In this document: positions 57,173-64,000 of the stretch, one piece after another
How positions within the stretch are numbered: position 1 is the first letter of the stretch
Layout: every line of letters begins with the position of its first letter
Assembly (NCBI GenBank): GCA_964397855.1
Contig: CAYNKQ010000001.1
Span: 38,046-102,045, forward strand
Direction: 5' to 3'
From: an uncultured Candidatus Saccharibacteria bacterium
GTDB taxonomy: Bacteria > Patescibacteriota > Saccharimonadia > Saccharimonadales > UBA7683
DNA length: 64,000 bases
Made by a program: the position numbers and the translations under genes
Notes under the pieces: model-generated
The model's input: only the letters and a program-made list of their open reading frames with translations
Told to the model about the DNA's origin: nothing
Databases searched by the model: none

Positions 57173-58009
57173 GTGGGCAACATGGGGTTATTTCAAGGTA
57201 AACAGCAGTCGAAGAAGTCATCAAAAGATGATCCAGACGCTGATGTTCAGCATTTTTTTGATGAACATTTCCGCGAAGAATTGCGCAACCACGGTCGTTG
57301 GTATTTTGAAAAGATTATCACCGAAAATGCGACACTGTTTAAACAAGATCTCGACGATGCAATTTCTGTCGTAAAAGATGAACTGAAAGAACGAATGTCT
57401 AAACAGATTGACGAACAGTTGGTCGAATTTAGCAAAGCTATGAAGGAGGCCCAAGAGACCGCTCTGGAATCTCTGGGTCACGGCGCCAAAGTCCTAGAAG
57501 AACAGCGACAACAGCTGAGTGAATCACTGCACAAAAATATCACCGACCAAGAAGCCGCTATGACCACGGTAATAAAAGATGCTCAAGATCTTGCCCTGCA
57601 GTCAATAAACCGAAGCGGCCATGCGCTTGACGAGCAGTATCAACATCTCAGTGTGGCTTTGCACAAAAATATCACCGACCAAGAGACTGCAATGGCTAAC
57701 GCAGTCCAAGAAAACCAAACACACTTAGCTGCTGTGAAGGCTGTGCAAGATCAAGCATTACAGTCACTGAGCGCTACTGCCGAAGCCCTGCAAGAGCAAC
57801 GGCAGCAGCTTGCCCAACTCTTGGTGAAGAACGTTGCCAATCAAGAAGCGGTATTGGTTGGTGCATTTGAGGACAATATGGCCCAGGTTGTCGAACATTA
57901 TCTTCTTGGCGCACTAGGAGATCAGTACGATCTCAAGGCCCAACTCCCAGCCATTATTAAGCAAATGGAAGACAATAAGCAGGCGATTGTGGACGACGTA
58001 AAATTATGA
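57173..58009 (+). CDS. Coiled-coil protein with ~40-aa tandem repeats, in the position of ATP synthase subunit b but lacking a TM helix
   Basis: 278 aa. Repeats ...LQS...EQRQQL...LHKNITDQEAAM... x3. Stop overlaps the start of the delta-like gene (ATGA). Confidence 0.4.
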   Translation: MGNMGLFQGKQQSKKSSKDDPDADVQHFFDEHFREELRNHGRWYFEKIITENATLFKQDLDDAISVVKDELKERMSKQIDEQLVEFSKAMKEAQETALESLGHGAKVLEEQRQQLSESLHKNITDQEAAMTTVIKDAQDLALQSINRSGHALDEQYQHLSVALHKNITDQETAMANAVQENQTHLAAVKAVQDQALQSLSATAEALQEQRQQLAQLLVKNVANQEAVLVGAFEDNMAQVVEHYLLGALGDQYDLKAQLPAIIKQMEDNKQAIVDDVKL

Positions 58010-58518
58010 ACGAACCAGTCGCAAAAACATATGAAGATTTAGTGTTGCCACTCAGCATAATAAGCAAGGTAGATGTATCCCGTTTAGTGAATGAGGTTGA
58101 GCGGATTGATAACGAACTTATTGAGGCGTCTGTTCGTGTTAAATCCGGGGTGGATGCTCAGGCTCAGCCAGTGCTTTCAGATCAGCTTACTGATTTTCTG
58201 AATCAAAATAAGACTACTCTTAACGATAGCCGAGAGAGAGCGGCGCTAATAAAACAACTCCGCACACTAAAAGACAGACTTCCGGTTATTCATATGACAT
58301 TTGCATCTGTCGCTGATGGTGAAAGCCTCCAACAGCTTACACAGTGGCTACGGGCTTCGGTGCATTCACAAGCGGTTATTGCTTCCGGCATACAGCCTGC
58401 ACTTGTTGCTGGAGTGTATATTAGGACCCCAAGTCACGTGTACGATTTTAGCCTGCGCACAAAACTTAAAGGCCAACGCGGTGCACTCGTTAAAGAACTG
58501 GAGCAGCTACGTGGCTGA
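58006..58518 (+). CDS. atpH: F-ATPase delta (OSCP)-like subunit
   Basis: 170 aa. The C-terminal ...ALVAGVYIRTPSHVYDFSLRTKLKGQ resembles the OSCP C-terminal LIGG.I.R.GD.V.D.S.R..L motif. Located upstream of alpha. Confidence 0.55.
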   Translation: MNEPVAKTYEDLVLPLSIISKVDVSRLVNEVERIDNELIEASVRVKSGVDAQAQPVLSDQLTDFLNQNKTTLNDSRERAALIKQLRTLKDRLPVIHMTFASVADGESLQQLTQWLRASVHSQAVIASGIQPALVAGVYIRTPSHVYDFSLRTKLKGQRGALVKELEQLRG

Positions 58519-60103
58519 GGCTAAGGTATTTGAAAGACTTGTGGCCGCTGGCAATCCAGTCGGTGAAATTATTGGCATCGATTCATTTATGGTAAGCGTT
58601 AAAGGGCTTCAACCGACCAACGTTCACGCTACAGTGCGATTTGATGATGAAACCCGGGGCTATGTGCATCAGGTTCTTGAAGATCACGTTGTGGTTATGA
58701 AACTAGATCCGTCACCACTTCACGTTGGTGCGGTGTGTGTGATCGAAGGTCGCGACATTATGACTCCTGTAGGTAAGAACTTTATTGGACGAGTTGTTAA
58801 TGTGTTTGGTGAGCCAATTGATGGTAAAGGCCCAATTCAGCCCGATCAAGAGTGGGATGTATTTCATAATGCACCGGCTTTATATCAACGCGAACTACTT
58901 GATACACCGGTTGAGACAGGCGTAACGATTCTTGATCTTGAATATTCACTGGCCCGCGGGCAGCGCATGGCAATGCTTGGTGATAGTAAAGTTGGTAAAA
59001 CGGCACTGGCGGCGCAGGTAGCTATCAATCAGAAAAACACTGATATTACCGTGATCTACGTACTTATTGCAAAGCGTCAACATGACGTGGCAGAGCTTGT
59101 GAGCAATCTAGAAAAAAATGACGCACTCAAAAAAGCTATTGTGGTGGTAAGCAACTCATTTCAATCACTCATTCTAACGTATTTGGTGCCGTATGTTGGC
59201 GCTGCACATGGTGAGTACTTTTGGCATAAGTGCAACATGGACACACTGGTTATTTATGATGATCTTACGGCGCATGCCCAGGCATATCGTGAGATCTCAC
59301 TGATTGCCGGGGTTTCTCCAGGTCGTGATTCATATCCAGGAGATATGTTCTACACGCACTCCAGTTTACTTGAGCGTGGTGGTAAGACAGAATCTAACCA
59401 CGCCAGCCAAACGCTTGTCCCAATCGTGTACGCACCAGGTGGTGACATTACTGCGTATCTACCAACCAACATCATGTCCATTACTGACGGACAGTGGATC
59501 CTAGACGGCCAGATCTTTAAAGATACAATGCGCCCTGCCGTAAGTACGGCTCTTTCGGTAACTCGAGTTGGTGGTGTGGGTCAAAACAAACGTCAAAAAG
59601 GACTTGCCGACCAACTTAATCTAACGCTTGCTGGTTACCGAACTGCTGAAGAATATGCTCACTTTGGCACCGAACTCAGCCCAGACGCACAGGCTAACTA
59701 CGATAAGGGTAAAGTACTCTTTAAAATAATGAACCAAGGCATTGGTGAAATCTATAGTTTTGCCGAGCAGCAGTTTATTATGAGCATAGTGCTAAATAGT
59801 AGCCCGGAAGAAGTTATCGATATCGAACTGCTGAAAGAAAAAGTGCGTGCCTATGCATCAAGACTCCAGGAAGACGCCGATATGAAGGGTAATTTTGACG
59901 AGCTTGAAGCAGCGCTTAAGGCGGAGGTGACAACAATTGATGAAGCAAAGAAGGCTGCTCTCGAAAAGGCTGCCAAGCTCGACACCGAAAAGCAGCGTCA
60001 AACCGAAGAAGCTGAAAAAGTTGCAGCACAGTCAAACGGCTCTAGTGGATCAGATGAGTTGGAAAGTGCACGACCTGAGCCCGCCAAAAAGGGGAAGAAG
60101 TAA
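58511..60103 (+). CDS. atpA: F1-ATPase alpha subunit (divergent P-loop, Lys-rich C-terminal extension)
   Basis: P-loop GDSKVGKTALA (canonical GDRQTGKTA). ...SITDGQWILDGQIFKDTMRPAVSTALSVTRVGG matches the alpha Arg-finger region. Start set at GTG 58511, which overlaps the atpH stop (GTGGCTGA). The ORF track begins at 58301. Confidence 0.85.
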   Translation: MAEAKVFERLVAAGNPVGEIIGIDSFMVSVKGLQPTNVHATVRFDDETRGYVHQVLEDHVVVMKLDPSPLHVGAVCVIEGRDIMTPVGKNFIGRVVNVFGEPIDGKGPIQPDQEWDVFHNAPALYQRELLDTPVETGVTILDLEYSLARGQRMAMLGDSKVGKTALAAQVAINQKNTDITVIYVLIAKRQHDVAELVSNLEKNDALKKAIVVVSNSFQSLILTYLVPYVGAAHGEYFWHKCNMDTLVIYDDLTAHAQAYREISLIAGVSPGRDSYPGDMFYTHSSLLERGGKTESNHASQTLVPIVYAPGGDITAYLPTNIMSITDGQWILDGQIFKDTMRPAVSTALSVTRVGGVGQNKRQKGLADQLNLTLAGYRTAEEYAHFGTELSPDAQANYDKGKVLFKIMNQGIGEIYSFAEQQFIMSIVLNSSPEEVIDIELLKEKVRAYASRLQEDADMKGNFDELEAALKAEVTTIDEAKKAALEKAAKLDTEKQRQTEEAEKVAAQSNGSSGSDELESARPEPAKKGKK

Positions 60104-62394
<2,291 letters not shown>

Positions 62395-62706
62395 GTGGCC
62401 GACAATGCGTCAGTTCCAGCCACCGAAGAAGCCGAGCAGGTGGCGGTTAACACTGGCGGCAAGCCAACAATAGCCGTTAAAGTGTATGCCCCGTTTAAAG
62501 TGTACTTTGAAGGCTCTGCTTACAGTCTTAGCGCAGTTAACGCAACCGGGCCGTTCGATATTCTGCCCGGACACCATAACTTTTTGTGCATGCTCGTGCC
62601 ATGCGATCTTGTAGTGGTGACACCAAAAGAACGTAAAGTAGTTAAAATATCACGAGCACTAATGCATGTAAAAGCCGACAGTGTTTCAGTTTTTGTAGAT
62701 GTGTAG
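62395..62706 (+). CDS. atpC: F1-ATPase epsilon subunit (N-terminal beta-sandwich domain only)
   Basis: 103 aa with a GTG start. GPFDILPGHHNFLCMLVPCDLVV matches the epsilon G..GILPGH.P....L motif. No C-terminal helical hairpin. Confidence 0.55.
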   Translation: MADNASVPATEEAEQVAVNTGGKPTIAVKVYAPFKVYFEGSAYSLSAVNATGPFDILPGHHNFLCMLVPCDLVVVTPKERKVVKISRALMHVKADSVSVFVDV

Positions 62707-62711
62707 TAGCG

Positions 62712-63956
62712 CTAGTTTGTTATGAAGTAATCAAACGCAAAGGTCTGGTTGGCGGGTGCGGCGTTGGCGCTGCAAACACTAAATTCTGTATTAGTACGAG
62801 TTGCATAATACTGGGTTTGGCCAGCAGCAGCACCAACAGGGCTAATCATAACGTGTGGATTATTAGTGAATCGCTGGTTGAACTTTATTTGTATAAAGCA
62901 GCCTGGAGTTGGGTTATTGCCGGTGTTGATGTTGACTGTTCCAGATGTGTCAGAGCCATCAACGGAGGCCGAGCCGCCGCCGCCTAGTACGCCGCCATTG
63001 ATGGTTCGACTTGGCGCTGGTCCAGCAAAACTAATATGGTTAGGCACCTGCAGGACACCGTTTCCGCTAATAATGAGCCGGGTAACGGTAATTTGTGATG
63101 CAGTTATGGCACCGCTAAATGATGACGTGCCCGAAACGCTTAAGTCTCGCAGGGTGGTACTGCCTTGCACTGCGGTATTAGTTGCAACTTGTAAACTATT
63201 AATTTGGGCTTCACCAAGATTTGAGGCGCCGGAAATAGTCAGACTTGGCCCCTGGATACTGCCGCCGGTCTGGAGGTTTCCGGCCACGTTGAGGTTGCCA
63301 CGCATCAGAGTTTGGCCGGCAATAATGGCGTTCCCCTGAATTGTTAAAGTCTGAGAAGTATTACCAACAGAGGCATCAGTGTTGGTAAGTTGCTTAAGCG
63401 CTTCTTCGGTGAGTTCTTGGGCCGCAATGCTTGATTCTGGTGTAGTCTTTTTGCTATTCAAGTAGTTTACCGTTGAGATCGCCCCAGAAATTACGAGTAA
63501 TAGCACAAAAACCAAGAAATACACATTTACCTTACGGAAGAAGCGCTTAATTCTAGAACCTTTTTTAGGTTGTGGCTCTTCTATGTGCGTACCTGATTCA
63601 ACATCAGAGGCTACCTGCTCGTCATGTTCTCTTTCAAGATCATCAGGAGTACGACTCAGCGCATCAACTGGAGCTTGAGGTACGTCGTTTACTGGCTGGC
63701 TTTCAGTGTTTTGAGGGGTGTTCTCTTCAGAATCCATAGTACTTGCGTTTTTACGTTTATGCTTTAATGTATAGCTTACTATACTTGCTAGTCTGGCGCC
63801 AGTTGTGCTTTTACTGATCATGCGCGATAATAAGCACGTAAAGCTTATGCAAAAAAGACGAACGTGGATATATTCAAAATCTATGCTGCTTGTAGCAGTA
63901 TTTATTACCATCAGCAGCTCAAATTCAGTGCTGGCTACGATCTCGTCTTCGGCCAA
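62712..63956 (-). CDS. Membrane-anchored surface protein with Gly/Thr/Ser/Asn-rich beta-helix-like repeats
   Basis: 414-aa ORF. The true start is probably the internal MDSEENTPQ. TM VYFLVFVLLLVISGAISTV. Repeats TIQGNAIIAGQTLMRGNLNVAGNLQTGGSIQGPSLTISGASNLG... are similar in style to 52985..56062. Confidence 0.5.
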   Translation of the reverse strand: MAEDEIVASTEFELLMVINTATSSIDFEYIHVRLFCISFTCLLSRMISKSTTGARLASIVSYTLKHKRKNASTMDSEENTPQNTESQPVNDVPQAPVDALSRTPDDLEREHDEQVASDVESGTHIEEPQPKKGSRIKRFFRKVNVYFLVFVLLLVISGAISTVNYLNSKKTTPESSIAAQELTEEALKQLTNTDASVGNTSQTLTIQGNAIIAGQTLMRGNLNVAGNLQTGGSIQGPSLTISGASNLGEAQINSLQVATNTAVQGSTTLRDLSVSGTSSFSGAITASQITVTRLIISGNGVLQVPNHISFAGPAPSRTINGGVLGGGGSASVDGSDTSGTVNINTGNNPTPGCFIQIKFNQRFTNNPHVMISPVGAAAGQTQYYATRTNTEFSVCSANAAPANQTFAFDYFITN

Positions 63957-64000
63957 TTACCAGATGACCGAAAGCGGATTTGGCTCAGGGCTAAACCAAG

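Noticed and set aside
58301-58510. The ORF-track N-terminal extension of atpA, which overlaps atpH by 218 nt
   Set aside because: The extension is out of character for the alpha subunit and overlaps the delta gene in another frame. GTG at 58511 overlaps the atpH stop in the typical coupled arrangement, and the conserved alpha sequence begins right after it.

Overview
This 64-kb window has small, tightly packed, often overlapping genes. Cell-envelope and sugar-nucleotide genes are prominent, so it resembles a reduced-genome bacterium, possibly Patescibacteria/Saccharibacteria-like. That taxonomic guess is an inference, not something demonstrated here.

Left part, about 1-20.7 kb (core-like):
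- Two large secreted cell-wall hydrolase-like proteins with repeated beta-sandwich domains. One carries an amidase_2/PGRP domain.
- ManC-like guanylyltransferase.
- A Fic/Doc protein with an overlapping Panacea (DUF4065)-like partner.
- Phosphoglucomutase/phosphomannomutase, a subtilisin S8 peptidase, GlmS and a TrmB-like regulator.
- A polysaccharide cluster: GT4 glycosyltransferase, WbaP-like sugar transferase, Wzy_C-like protein, GalU and GtrA, with an embedded four-helix-bundle gene.
- A LexA-type HTH-only protein.

At 20.76-22.7 kb a GIY-YIG nuclease gene lies between a duplicated 5-prime fragment of tRNA-Asn and the intact tRNA-Asn(GUU). The 3-prime end of the tRNA is overlapped by a large serine recombinase gene. 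This marks the left end of an accessory or integrated region.

The accessory region contains:
- Unknown operons.
- A SRAP/YedK-like peptidase.
- A small-protein plus UmuC-like Y-family polymerase pair.
- A two-gene operon whose upstream member is TIR-like, a candidate defence system.
- A VIT-family transporter.
- A same-strand array of small accessory genes (YdeN-like hydrolase, GNAT, AadA-like nucleotidyltransferase) separated by about 100-bp repeats with attC-like imperfect inverted repeats.

At 35.4-50.0 kb there is a complete NRPS biosynthetic gene cluster (BGC):
- Diaminobutyrate (DABA)-aminotransferase-like enzyme plus GNAT.
- FAD oxidoreductase.
- DUF2087-GNAT protein.
- A 1988-aa A-T-C-A-T-C NRPS.
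- A 952-aa C-T-C protein with no A domain.
- An Sfp-type PPTase.
- A convergent HDAC-family deacetylase.
A cluster like this would be unexpected in a reduced genome.

Two related 19-bp perfect palindromes sit upstream of a receiver-like gene.

The right end holds large Gly/Ser/Thr-rich surface proteins and an F1-ATPase operon (delta, alpha, gamma, beta, epsilon). The two genes upstream of it are atypical: a signal-anchored protein ending in a c-subunit-like hairpin, and a long repeat-containing coiled-coil protein with no TM helix. No a subunit is visible.

Several repeat families occupy intergenic DNA. These include a pair of ~205-bp repeats with a compensatory stem, and REP-like TGATTGGATCC-hairpin-GGATGAC units. 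No CRISPR array or rRNA gene is present.
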